DNA from: a virus | Virus record (IMG/VR): IMGVR_UViG_3300033128_000027 | Span: 185 to 64,184 of that record | Length of the DNA: 64,000 nucleotides | Reading direction: 5' to 3' (one strand) | In this document: piece after piece, positions 9,845 through 19,351 of the stretch | Layout of the letters: every line of letters starts with the position of its first letter | How positions within the stretch are numbered: position 1 is the stretch's first letter | Position numbers and translations under genes: made by a program | Notes under the pieces: generated by a model | What the model was told of the DNA's origin: nothing | What the model saw: the letters and a program-made list of their open reading frames with translations, nothing else | Database searches by the model: none

Positions 9845-12232
9845 CTAAGCACTTTCACTATACATTGCTAATTCTATTTCCATTATTCTTTTCCTTACTT
9901 CTTCTACAGGAGTGCCATATTTCCTTGTATGTTTGGTAGTAATATCTGCATTATCATATTTAATTCCTCTTTTAACTGGAGGGGGTAACATTTTCACAAA
10001 AAAAGGATCTAATTGCATACCATTTATAAAAGGCATAAATATGGATTCGTAACGATTGGTTTTCATAGCTGTTTCCACTTCTATTGGCTGTAATTGTTCT
10101 TTTAAGTCATTGTATATCTTCCAATTAGTATTTTTAAATATGAAGTTATTACAACTACTAGATTTCATGATATTCCATAGTTTATCCGGTAGTTGACTTG
10201 GATTGTGGAATAACCAATTAATACACAATCTATACTTTGGACATTCAGCCATCATGGATTCAGCTAGTTCTTGGAAGCCATCGGACATAAACTGGTGTGG
10301 TTCATTGAATACAATCAATGTAGGATCATCAGTTTGGATAATTTTCTTAATCCAAAATACTTTCATTGTTAGTAAATACATAAGTATTTGAACACCTATA
10401 TCTCCAATATTTACTTTTTTCATTCTAAACAGAACTATTTTTCTTTCTCTAATCCATTTCTCAATATCAATATTCTTGTTAGGCTCCTGTGCAATCATAT
10501 GCTTAAAATGCGGATTACCTAAAATCATTTTCAGTCTAGTTTTTACAGTTGCTATTGCTTTTTCATTTTTAGCGTTTAAGAAATCATGATAATATTCTAA
10601 AGCTAGTAACTCATCTTCCTCTTTTACAATTTCATACATACTGTTTGCAAATTGTTTAGACTTTAGACAACAATACATATCGTAAAGATTACATTTACAT
10701 ACCTTGGCTATTAAAGAACAAATTTCTTGAGATGTTGTAGTATCTTCTAATCCTAATACTTTAGTGAAATTGTCCGCTATCACATTCATCCCATTAATTC
10801 CAATTAAATTTGCTACATCCTCTAATCCAAAATACACAGGGTTATTATAGTCACCTAGATTAATGTCGATTATCCTGTCACTAGTTAAGGATTCTAATAA
10901 AGAATCACACATTCCACGACCATTTCCTTTTTCATCAATTACATCTGGTATAATAGCTCCGGCATTTATTGTGTTAGCAAATTCAACTATCATATTAATA
11001 GCAGCAGTATCTTTTCCCATACGGGGAGAGCCGGTTAGAATATTTGTATTACACAATGCATCTAAGTTATCGCTTGGTAATCTTATCTCAACCTGTTTCC
11101 CTTTGTCTTCCGTATAACCAATTAAAATACCGTCCTTTTTAGTTAACATTTTATTCACAGACAATTCTTGTCTTTCGTCAATACCTAAGTCAAAGTCTTT
11201 TTGTATATTTCTTTCAGGCAATTTAATAAAGTGTTTAATTTCTTTTCTGGTCAACAAGAAGCGATTATTAAAGTTAAAGAAATAAGTCTCGATTTTTCTT
11301 CTTTCAACATATTTTTTATACCATTTATATAGTTTTTTGTTTTTAATTTGCATTTCAACTAGTTCATTGTCTCCATTTAGTTGTTTTAAAGCTAATATAA
11401 TCCCTCTTGAAATCATTTCTGACCTTCTAATACTCTCGCCATTTACTATTACTCTCAAACAACAATCAAACGCTGGATTTCCTAATTTAGAATTGCTTGA
11501 TTCAGAAACACTTTTACGTTTAGGAAGAGAAGAATTTCTTTTCTTAGCTTCTCTCCACCAATCAAACTCTGCAGGTTGAATGCCAAATTGTATAAAAACA
11601 TCTTCACCACTTCGAATGGATTGTGATTGTTCCATTAGTTCTCTTATAGGCTTTTCCTTTAAACGTTGATCAATTGATAGTGATAACCCAGGGGTATATT
11701 TAAGTTTTAAATCAAAACATACAGTATGGTTAGTTACGTTAGGTATAGGGTTACTAACATTTACCTTGGCTGCTTTATGCCATGTAAAATTCATAGTCTG
11801 AAGTGTTTCTTCTTCAATATTTTTTGGGAAAGTCACATAGTTGGAATATTCTTTATTAGTTATTTTTGTTTCAAAGAATAACTTATTTTGAACAGGAAGT
11901 GTAATTCCATCACTATCCATCTTGAATTGGTTGGTCATATGCGCTAATTCTTGAAAAGAGTCGGAAAGATAATCTAATAGGAGATGCACTTTATCGTTTT
12001 TAGTTGATGGAGTTGGTTTTATTTGATAAGTTACTAATTCTGGTTGTTTAATTTGGAAGTTGAATTTTATTTCAGGTATTTTGACTTCTTTATGCTGCAC
12101 TTCTTCAGGTATTTCTATCACTTGTTCAACTTTAGGAATAACTGTAAATTCCACCTTAATAGGAAATGTATTCTTAATTACTTTCTTTTTTATTAATGGA
12201 TCATTTAAATGCCCCAACATAATAATTTTCAT
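9845..12232 (-). CDS. VirB4/VirD4/FtsK-HerA-like ATPase with degenerate Walker motifs
   Basis: ILTGSPRMGKD (Walker A-like), IVFNEPHQF (Walker B-like); downstream of pilin-like gene. Confidence 0.7.
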   Translation of the reverse strand: MKIIMLGHLNDPLIKKKVIKNTFPIKVEFTVIPKVEQVIEIPEEVQHKEVKIPEIKFNFQIKQPELVTYQIKPTPSTKNDKVHLLLDYLSDSFQELAHMTNQFKMDSDGITLPVQNKLFFETKITNKEYSNYVTFPKNIEEETLQTMNFTWHKAAKVNVSNPIPNVTNHTVCFDLKLKYTPGLSLSIDQRLKEKPIRELMEQSQSIRSGEDVFIQFGIQPAEFDWWREAKKRNSSLPKRKSVSESSNSKLGNPAFDCCLRVIVNGESIRRSEMISRGIILALKQLNGDNELVEMQIKNKKLYKWYKKYVERRKIETYFFNFNNRFLLTRKEIKHFIKLPERNIQKDFDLGIDERQELSVNKMLTKKDGILIGYTEDKGKQVEIRLPSDNLDALCNTNILTGSPRMGKDTAAINMIVEFANTINAGAIIPDVIDEKGNGRGMCDSLLESLTSDRIIDINLGDYNNPVYFGLEDVANLIGINGMNVIADNFTKVLGLEDTTTSQEICSLIAKVCKCNLYDMYCCLKSKQFANSMYEIVKEEDELLALEYYHDFLNAKNEKAIATVKTRLKMILGNPHFKHMIAQEPNKNIDIEKWIRERKIVLFRMKKVNIGDIGVQILMYLLTMKVFWIKKIIQTDDPTLIVFNEPHQFMSDGFQELAESMMAECPKYRLCINWLFHNPSQLPDKLWNIMKSSSCNNFIFKNTNWKIYNDLKEQLQPIEVETAMKTNRYESIFMPFINGMQLDPFFVKMLPPPVKRGIKYDNADITTKHTRKYGTPVEEVRKRIMEIELAMYSESA

Positions 12233-12378
12233 AAGCCAATCACAGCCTTAATAACAGAGATCGCTTTAAGTAAAAAGTAATTATCGTTTGCTTCCACAGT
12301 GTAATAAATTCCATATGGAAATCCAATTAAATATCCAAATATAAATCCAATAATAGTAAAGACTATTTTCTTTAGCAT
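12229..12378 (-). CDS. Small membrane protein (49 aa, not in ORF track)
   Basis: GGGAGG RBS; MLKKIVFTIIGFIFGYLIGFPYGIYYTVEANDNYFLLKAISVIKAVIGL; overlaps both neighbours (TAATG, ATGA). Confidence 0.7.
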   Translation of the reverse strand: MLKKIVFTIIGFIFGYLIGFPYGIYYTVEANDNYFLLKAISVIKAVIGL

Positions 12379-12842
12379 TATCCTCCCACCTTTACACTAT
12401 CTTTGAAATTCATATTCTGGAATGCCTCTGTTAAAACATCATTCAACATATTTCCTATTATTGCAAATAACATAACTGCTGAAGGAATTAAGAAACATCC
12501 TGCAATTACAATGACTGAAGTCAATATGACTTGTTTACCTGCGTTACGTTTAAACAAAAATGTAATTACTCCGATAAAGAGTGCCAACGTCCCACAAACC
12601 ATACTAATATCCTTGAAAACATCCCATAAGGGTTGCATACTATTCCAAATGTTCATTCCACCAGTGGTAGAAGCAAATACTCTACTTTGAGACATCATCA
12701 CTCCCGATATCCCCCATAACCACGTTGCTAACTTTTTCATCTTCTTTGCTTCTTTTTTAGTCTTTGGTAAGTATTCGGATATATCTATAATTTCACGATG
12801 TATTTGTTCGTTGATTTCTTCGCCATTAATCCTTATGATCAT
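12378..12842 (-). CDS. TrbC/VirB2 pilin-like membrane protein
   Basis: Signal-like segment ending VFA, then two hydrophobic helices (ISMVCGTLALFIGVITFLF; VILTSVIVIAGCFLIPSAVMLF). Confidence 0.6.
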   Translation of the reverse strand: MIIRINGEEINEQIHREIIDISEYLPKTKKEAKKMKKLATWLWGISGVMMSQSRVFASTTGGMNIWNSMQPLWDVFKDISMVCGTLALFIGVITFLFKRNAGKQVILTSVIVIAGCFLIPSAVMLFAIIGNMLNDVLTEAFQNMNFKDSVKVGG

Positions 12843-12933
12843 TTTTCTTTTCCTCCATTCTTTTTACATGTTTAAAACCGAAAGCCCAGTAAACAATAGT
12901 TGTAAAAAGCATACCGAAAAAAGGAATCATCAT
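12826..12933 (-). CDS. Small membrane peptide (35 aa, not in ORF track)
   Basis: GGGTG RBS; MMIPFFGMLFTTIVYWAFGFKHVKRMEEKKNDHKD. Confidence 0.5.
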   Translation of the reverse strand: MMIPFFGMLFTTIVYWAFGFKHVKRMEEKKNDHKD

Positions 12934-13011
12934 TTCACCCACTTCAAAGAATAATTTAATTATATTTAGGAGATATTAAAAACAAGACAAGATGGAAAGG
13001 TGGAATCTAAG

Positions 13012-13077
13012 ATGATAACTGCGACTTTAATTGGGGTTGGTTTAACGTTGATTACAATTGGATTATTACCGTTCTAA
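13012..13077 (+). CDS. Tiny hydrophobic peptide (21 aa, not in ORF track)
   Basis: GAAAGGTGG RBS 8 nt upstream; MITATLIGVGLTLITIGLLPF; followed by IR AATTTTCCC...GGGAAAATT. Confidence 0.45.
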   Translation: MITATLIGVGLTLITIGLLPF

Positions 13078-13195
13078 ACAAGCTATCTAAAATTTTCCCT
13101 ACGTCAAAAGGTTTTATCCTTCGGGAAAATTATATGATTTGCATGTTGGAAAATATGACTGTTTTTATAAATTGAGTAATAATTACCCCTCCCTC

Positions 13196-13384
13196 TTATT
13201 TAGGAGGGGATAGTTTTAATTTTTCTAAAACAGTCTCAGGTGTCATTCCTTCTTTTATTAGTAAATCAATAGTAGAATACCACTCGATAATTATTCTTTT
13301 ACATTCTGTGCAGATACTTGGAAATTTGTTTACACCTTTATATTCTCGATTACACGATTTACATTTATGCTGATAAATTTTCAT
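13196..13384 (-). CDS. Small zinc-ribbon protein (62 aa)
   Basis: AGGAGTG RBS before MKIYQHKCKSCNREY...SICTEC; start revised from ORF track. Confidence 0.65.
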   Translation of the reverse strand: MKIYQHKCKSCNREYKGVNKFPSICTECKRIIIEWYSTIDLLIKEGMTPETVLEKLKLSPPK

Positions 13385-13404
13385 ATTATCACTCCTGCTG
13401 TGGC

Positions 13405-13454
13405 GAATATTTTCAAATATTGCTAGAAATAAATAGATATCAACGAAGATATTT
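13405..13454. repeat. tubC-like array (downstream copy)
   Basis: 35/50 identical to 14893-14942; roughly 10-bp periodic ATATT; shared GCTAGAAATA. Confidence 0.5.
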
Positions 13455-14561
13455 ATTAAAAACATCGGTAGGATTACTTTTTGCCTTAACGCTACTACTT
13501 CTTGCTGGAATTACGCTTTTCTTTCTAGCTTTTGGCTTATACTCAACAACTTTGATTTCATTAAGAGTATTCTCTTCTTCATCTGCTAATGTATCTAATT
13601 CTTGCATTCTTGAGTTAATCCAAGGTAGACCACTAAGGATAGAAATTACTTCTCCTCTTTTCTCTTTATAGTTTCCTTCAAAAAGATCATAAGGACGCTT
13701 ATTTTTAAAAACATTAAATATTTCATCATAATCCATAAGTTCCATTAAGTAGTCATCTCCATTGAAAATAACTCCCGCTCTAATTACTTGATCGTATTCA
13801 ATAGGAGCGAATATACTGTTAATCCATGATTCTTGTATTTTCTTAGCAAAATGATTAGTTGTTAATGCTGTCCCTGAAACATCCATCACTTTTGCTACAC
13901 CTATGACTGACACTCCTTTCACCGAGAATATTTGTCGCAAATCTTTTCTATCAATCACTCCATTTTCACTGCTTTTATTTGTGTATTCTAGCAGCTTATT
14001 AATCATTGAAATGAATTCCTCGTTAGTTTTCTTATAAATGATATTTTTAGAGATAAAAGTGTTACTATTGGTTAGGACTGTATTGTTGTCAATTGGAATA
14101 ACGCAAAAGTCTAAATCGGATAATTCACTAAGAGCCTCTAACGAATTTAGTTTATTATTGAGTGTTTCATTGTTGGCAGGTAAAATCGGACAAGCTACAA
14201 ATGTCTTATCAGGCATCTCGTTAGATAGTATTTCTAATAATAACGAGCTCATCCCTGAACCACTTCCCCCACCTGTACCGAATGGGACTAAAATAACTTC
14301 AATTGATGGTTTGGATAAATGCTTTTTAACAAAGTTTACAGTTGACTCCCAGTTATCTCTCATTAATTGTTTTGCTAATTCTCTATCTTTACCTACTCCT
14401 TCGCTACCTAATAAAGAGTGAATCATATCTTCAGGTATATTAGTAATTGATTTTAAATCAGTTTCTGAGTAATTTATCGCTACACTAGTGTAAAAATGCT
14501 TAGCTGCTAAATCAGCAATGTTTCCTCCCGCTTGCCCAAGACCTATGAATCCAAAATACAT
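13440..14561 (-). CDS. tubZ: TubZ-like tubulin/FtsZ-family partition GTPase
   Basis: FIGLGQAGGNIAD, GTGGGSGSG tubulin signature, IDNN, DRKDL T7 loop, basic C-terminal tail. Confidence 0.9.
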   Translation of the reverse strand: MYFGFIGLGQAGGNIADLAAKHFYTSVAINYSETDLKSITNIPEDMIHSLLGSEGVGKDRELAKQLMRDNWESTVNFVKKHLSKPSIEVILVPFGTGGGSGSGMSSLLLEILSNEMPDKTFVACPILPANNETLNNKLNSLEALSELSDLDFCVIPIDNNTVLTNSNTFISKNIIYKKTNEEFISMINKLLEYTNKSSENGVIDRKDLRQIFSVKGVSVIGVAKVMDVSGTALTTNHFAKKIQESWINSIFAPIEYDQVIRAGVIFNGDDYLMELMDYDEIFNVFKNKRPYDLFEGNYKEKRGEVISILSGLPWINSRMQELDTLADEEENTLNEIKVVEYKPKARKKSVIPARSSSVKAKSNPTDVFNKYLR

Positions 14562-14564
14562 ATA

Positions 14565-14888
14565 TTATTCCCCCTCATTTTCCAATTTGATTTGTAACGC
14601 TTCTATTCCTCTTGGTGTAACGAACATCTTAAATTCCTTTTCTTCTCTTACTATTTCAATAAATTTCATTGGTTCTAAACGATAAAGGCATTTTCTTAGT
14701 GTCGCTTCTGTGATCCTTGCATCACTGTTTAACATGTCTTCTGCAACTTTTCTTCTTTTGATTGATTTAAATTTCTCAGTTGCATTGTTCTCTGTTAAAT
14801 AACTGAGCAAAAAGAAATCCTTAACTGTTAGACTGTCTACTATTTCGTAAAAATAAGTATCGGTAATTATGACGACTACCTCCTTCAT
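14565..14888 (-). CDS. tubR: TubR-like winged-helix centromere-binding protein
   Basis: 107 aa directly upstream of tubZ (3-nt gap); wHTH-like pattern (TEATLRKCLYRLEPMKFIEIVRE...MFVTPRG). Confidence 0.7.
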   Translation of the reverse strand: MKEVVVIITDTYFYEIVDSLTVKDFFLLSYLTENNATEKFKSIKRRKVAEDMLNSDARITEATLRKCLYRLEPMKFIEIVREEKEFKMFVTPRGIEALQIKLENEGE

Positions 14889-14892
14889 CTTT

Positions 14893-14942
14893 AAATATTT
14901 TTGACTATCGCTAGAAATAGTTGAATATTTTCTATGATATTC
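14893..14942. repeat. tubC-like array (upstream copy)
   Basis: Immediately upstream of tubR; five 10-bp units AAATATTTTT/GACTATCGCT/AGAAATAGTT/GAATATTTTC/TATGATATTC. Confidence 0.55.
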
Positions 14943-15094
14943 GTCTATCTGATTTAGAGTATAAACTTAAAAACAAGCAGTACGCAAGAGAAAAATATAA
15001 ATTTAGCTGTACTTTTATAAAAATAATTGTACTTTTCTTAATAGACTTGCTATAATCATTTTAGACAAGTATATTTTAAAGGAGGGTAGAAACA

Positions 15095-15316
15095 ATGGGG
15101 GAACTTATAATGTTGGAATCAAAACTAAAGATAAAACTAGCAGAAGCTAATATGAGTAATACCGAACTTGCTCAAAGATTAGCTGTCAGCAAACAGACAA
15201 TAACTAATTGGAAAAATGGTCATAACAATCCACCGATTGAAACAGCATTCAAAATTGCTTACATATTGAATTGTAAAGTTGATGATTTATTTGTATACAT
15301 AGACGATGAAGAATAA
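15095..15316 (+). CDS. XRE-family HTH transcriptional regulator
   Basis: MSNTELAQRLAVSKQTITNWKNGHNNPPIETAFKIAYILNCKVDDLF. Confidence 0.92.
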   Translation: MGELIMLESKLKIKLAEANMSNTELAQRLAVSKQTITNWKNGHNNPPIETAFKIAYILNCKVDDLFVYIDDEE

Positions 15317-15452
15317 TTTGTTTCTTCCCTCTCATCGTTTTAAATATAATTAAATTGACAAAGACTTAATTTGTAATGTAAAATATAGACAAGGGATATT
15401 TTAATTTTTTACTTTTAAATATAATTAAATTACAAATAAGGAGGTGAAATGA

Positions 15453-15653
15453 ATGGTCAGCAAGATGAAACGACATACTTTAAGTGAGGTGATAAGTTAT
15501 GTTGAGGAAATGATGCTAGAAGGATCTGCTTCTTACGAAATGGAACTCTTTTATCAGGTGTTTAAGTGGCAAGGCGAATACATAGATACAAAGAAACATA
15601 GAAAGCTAATTAATGAGATTATTAGAGAAATGAATGAATGCAACGGTTTCTAA
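15453..15653 (+). CDS. Hypothetical protein (66 aa)
   Basis: AGGAGGTG RBS; TTGACA...TAAAAT promoter upstream. Confidence 0.7.
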   Translation: MVSKMKRHTLSEVISYVEEMMLEGSASYEMELFYQVFKWQGEYIDTKKHRKLINEIIREMNECNGF

Positions 15654-16552
15654 ATATAAATAAATTACAAACAGGAGGAAGAACCGGAATAAAAGTTATA
15701 AAAATTGAAAACCCTTATGGTTTTATTTACATAACAACAAATCTTATTAATGGAAAAAGATACATAGGTCAAAAACAATTCGATACTAAATCTAGGTGGA
15801 AATCTTATTTAGGAAGTGGTCTTTATCTAATTAAAGCTATAAATAAGTATGGGAAAGAAAACTTTATTAGAGATATAGTTGACATCGCCTTTTCTCAAGA
15901 TGAATTAAATGAAAAAGAAAAGTCATGGATTACAAACTATAATGCTGTAAAAAGCATTGATTTCTATAACCAAATTGAAGGTGGTATTTTATTAGACTCT
16001 TTAAATAGAAAAAATTCTATTAAATGTATATGTATAAATAATGGCATGGTTTTCAATTCGTTAGCAGCTGCTTCGATATGGTCTGGATATTCTGTAGTTA
16101 AAATTAAAAAGACACTACGTATAGTTAATAGATATGAAGACTATAAGAATAATATCTATATATTTAGATTGCTTAATAATCTAAATATATCTGAGCCTAT
16201 TTGTCGATTATGTGGTAAAAATTATACCAAAAACAGTAATGCTCAAATTATGTGTATTACCTGTTCCATCAAGAATGGAAAAAGGTCAAAAAACAATAAA
16301 GTTACAAATAAAAAGAAAACTAAACAATATTCAAGTCCTATGAACTTACTTACTAGGAAAAGTTTCCTGGTACTGAATTCAAATAACATTTTAACATTAA
16401 ATATTTATGATAAGTTAGACCAACAAAATCGACAAGTGACTCTATATAGTTTAGATGATTTTAATAATTTATTTAAAGGTCAAAAATTTTCACTTATTAA
16501 ACCTAATAAATTTGAAAATAATATGTTTCTTGTTGAAGTAATCGGTGTCTAA
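15638..16552 (+). CDS. GIY-YIG homing endonuclease (Seg-like, free-standing)
   Basis: YGFIYITTNLINGKRYIGQK, YLGSG, LNEKEKSWI, FYN. Confidence 0.9.
   Translation: MQRFLNINKLQTGGRTGIKVIKIENPYGFIYITTNLINGKRYIGQKQFDTKSRWKSYLGSGLYLIKAINKYGKENFIRDIVDIAFSQDELNEKEKSWITNYNAVKSIDFYNQIEGGILLDSLNRKNSIKCICINNGMVFNSLAAASIWSGYSVVKIKKTLRIVNRYEDYKNNIYIFRLLNNLNISEPICRLCGKNYTKNSNAQIMCITCSIKNGKRSKNNKVTNKKKTKQYSSPMNLLTRKSFLVLNSNNILTLNIYDKLDQQNRQVTLYSLDDFNNLFKGQKFSLIKPNKFENNMFLVEVIGV
15651..15668 (+). promoter_or_regulatory. 18-bp repeated motif TAAATATAAATAAATTAC
   Basis: Perfect copy directly before AGGAGG. Confidence 0.65.
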
Positions 16553-16573
16553 ATAAAAAAAGGAGGTAACTTA

Positions 16574-19351
16574 TTGAACAGTCATCAATACTACACTTTC
16601 AAATTCAACTCTTCTCGACTAAAAGAATTTAACTACGACATTCAATTAGATATTGAAAAAGCTATTGAATATGGAGAGTTAATTGCCCTGTTTGAAAATC
16701 AGTTTATAAGATCAATAAATTACATACATAATAGAAAAGTAAATATTAGTCTGGTGGAAAGCTTAAAGAAACAAAAAGATGACATTCTTAAGAATACTCA
16801 TTCTGATAGTAACGTAATAAAACTTAAAGAAATAAATCGACAATTACATGAGTTATTTTTCGTTCCAGAATATGTAACAATCGTGATGGAGAGTAATTCA
16901 CATTACAAATACATGTTTAAAAATAAGTTAAAAATTAATGGTAAGACATTTAGAAGGTTTAACTCTTCTGCTTCTCAGGCTCGAACTTCTACAGTGTTAT
17001 TTATTGAAGATGAAACAGCAGATAAGTTAGAGAAGATTATTGATAATGGTAGAGATTTAACAAAGAAACTTGTACCAAGCAAATTAAATGCTTATCGAGG
17101 ATTAGCTGGAAGTAGTACTCTAACTGTATCTGCTCCCAAATTTTGTGTAGTGCCGGACTATGAGAGCCCTACTGAAGTTAAGGTTAACTTTGTTACTGAG
17201 ACAGATAAACATGAAGATGATGAGATTGAAGTCAAAACTATCACTGAAATGTTTAACCGTTTTGATGGTCAAGGCATTATTAGTGTTGAATTAGCTACAA
17301 AATGGGCTGAAGAATTAGGATTGGATTATATACCTGCTCAATGGTGTTTGAGGAACAGCTTTTTAAAAGGTATGGTCTGTACCTTTGATATTAAGAAATT
17401 TATTCAAGAAGTTAATAATGGTAATTCATACATTAAAACATCCTACAAAGATAAAAATGGTAAAAATAAAATTGTGAATCTTAATGAATATGAACTAATA
17501 ATTTCGGAAAGTCAATTCAAACTTTGGGATTCGTGGAACTCTGTTGAAAATTATGCAAAGTGTTGCGAAGAAAATCATCTCCAATGGGGAGTATCCTTAC
17601 ATAGTCCTAAGAAGGACAAAGATTTACTTAAAATGAATTATCAATTTTTACAAACATTAAACTTAGATGAAGAAGCAATTGAGAAAGTATGCGGGAAATT
17701 TGTTGATTGGATTACTGGTGTTACTTCGAAAGATATTAATCAAACATTATTGTTTTTACTTGGTGATAATGTCAATGAAGATAAATTAAATCATTTCTTA
17801 GAAAATAGCGATAATAACTGGGTAAAAGCTTTGTTGTATCAACCCAAACTAATCCATGACAAATACATAAAAAAGAAAGTTTATGATTTGATTAAGAGAA
17901 AAATACAACATGCTTGTCTAGGTGAAATTTATGTAGATGGTAATTTCCAAACAATTGTTAGTGATCCTTACGCTCAAATGCAACATGTTTGTGGATTGGA
18001 AGTCACTGGATTATTAGGAAGAAATGAATACTATTCTAGCTATTGGAATGAAAAAGGTGTTAAAGTTGTCGATTCTATGAGAGCCCCCCTTACCTTTCGT
18101 AGTGAGCATGTATTATTGAATTTACAACAAAGTGAAGTACTGGATGATTGGTATAGGTATTGTTATACAGGTATATTAGTTAATGTTCACGGAGAAGAAA
18201 CAATGAGATGGGCAGGTTCTGATTTTGATTACGATATTATAGCAACAACTTCGGATGAAAGTATTATTAACGGAGTTTACAACGATGAATTACCTGTTAC
18301 TTACACGCCTCCTAAATCAGATAAAAAAATAGTAAATGATAAAGATCTATTTAAGTCAGATTTATTTAGTTTTGGAAGTATCATTGGTTCAATAACTAAC
18401 AAATCAACAAGTGGATTTGCCCTCCTTCCTACTTTAGATGAAAAATCTTTAGAATATGAAGTAACTATGAATCGAATAAAGATGTGTACAAAATTACAAT
18501 CTGCACAGATTGATAAAGCCAAAATTGGTAAACAGGTAAAAGGACTTCCTTCAAAGTGGCTGAAATATGAAAAAGTAACTGACGAAGATTCTCCAGAAAT
18601 TAAGCAAGCCAAAGAATTCAACAATAAATTACTGTTAGATAAACACCCTTACTTCTTTATTTATCTATATAAAGGAACTAGGAACAAGTATAAAAAACAT
18701 GTTGCTAGTTATAACATCACTTCTTTACAACGTTTTGGAATGGAATTGCATGATTTAAAAAAGGTGGATAGAAAAACACCAGAACAACATAAGTTTATTA
18801 AGCAGTTCGAACATTACTCACCCGTGATAGATAGTGATTGTGTAATGAATAATCTTTGTAAATACATAGAGTCTGTTGATTTTGGAATTAAAAATATATT
18901 AAAAATCCATGACGATAACGAGTCATATAAACTATTACAATCTGAGAATTTCAACATTGATAAAGAAAAGCTAGAACAAGTAATTAATCTACATAAGAGA
19001 TATAAAAAGAGTATCAATCAATTATCAGCTTTAAGCACATCGGCAGATAAAAACAAGTTTGATGAAAATAAGCAAGGTAAAGTACTAGGTCAATATGAAT
19101 CATTTCAACAAGATCTTTTGGAGATTTGTTCAAATGAACGAGAAGCTGCGGAGTACATGATTCATTTATTTTACATTGATTCCCCTATTGCTAATAAGGA
19201 ACTGCTTTGGAAAGTGTGTGGAAAGCAGATTGTAGATAATATTAAAAGTAAAACCACATCCTATACTGTCCCAATTAGTGATGAAAATGGCAATTATGAG
19301 TATTTGAACAAGAAATATACTTTAAAAAAGGTGGAATTATTAAATGTATAA
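16574..19351 (+). CDS. yonO: YonO-like single-subunit DNA-dependent RNA polymerase
   Basis: 925 aa; RFDGQGIIS, LRNSFLKG, MRAPLT, GSDFDYD metal-binding DxDxD; position ahead of late genes as in SPbeta. Confidence 0.88.
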   Translation: MNSHQYYTFKFNSSRLKEFNYDIQLDIEKAIEYGELIALFENQFIRSINYIHNRKVNISLVESLKKQKDDILKNTHSDSNVIKLKEINRQLHELFFVPEYVTIVMESNSHYKYMFKNKLKINGKTFRRFNSSASQARTSTVLFIEDETADKLEKIIDNGRDLTKKLVPSKLNAYRGLAGSSTLTVSAPKFCVVPDYESPTEVKVNFVTETDKHEDDEIEVKTITEMFNRFDGQGIISVELATKWAEELGLDYIPAQWCLRNSFLKGMVCTFDIKKFIQEVNNGNSYIKTSYKDKNGKNKIVNLNEYELIISESQFKLWDSWNSVENYAKCCEENHLQWGVSLHSPKKDKDLLKMNYQFLQTLNLDEEAIEKVCGKFVDWITGVTSKDINQTLLFLLGDNVNEDKLNHFLENSDNNWVKALLYQPKLIHDKYIKKKVYDLIKRKIQHACLGEIYVDGNFQTIVSDPYAQMQHVCGLEVTGLLGRNEYYSSYWNEKGVKVVDSMRAPLTFRSEHVLLNLQQSEVLDDWYRYCYTGILVNVHGEETMRWAGSDFDYDIIATTSDESIINGVYNDELPVTYTPPKSDKKIVNDKDLFKSDLFSFGSIIGSITNKSTSGFALLPTLDEKSLEYEVTMNRIKMCTKLQSAQIDKAKIGKQVKGLPSKWLKYEKVTDEDSPEIKQAKEFNNKLLLDKHPYFFIYLYKGTRNKYKKHVASYNITSLQRFGMELHDLKKVDRKTPEQHKFIKQFEHYSPVIDSDCVMNNLCKYIESVDFGIKNILKIHDDNESYKLLQSENFNIDKEKLEQVINLHKRYKKSINQLSALSTSADKNKFDENKQGKVLGQYESFQQDLLEICSNEREAAEYMIHLFYIDSPIANKELLWKVCGKQIVDNIKSKTTSYTVPISDENGNYEYLNKKYTLKKVELLNV

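Noticed and set aside
13318-13671. 117-aa hydrophobic plus-strand ORF, and similar antisense ORFs within yonO, capsid, tape measure, Tal and spike genes
   Set aside because: Antisense to well-supported genes, no RBS or motifs
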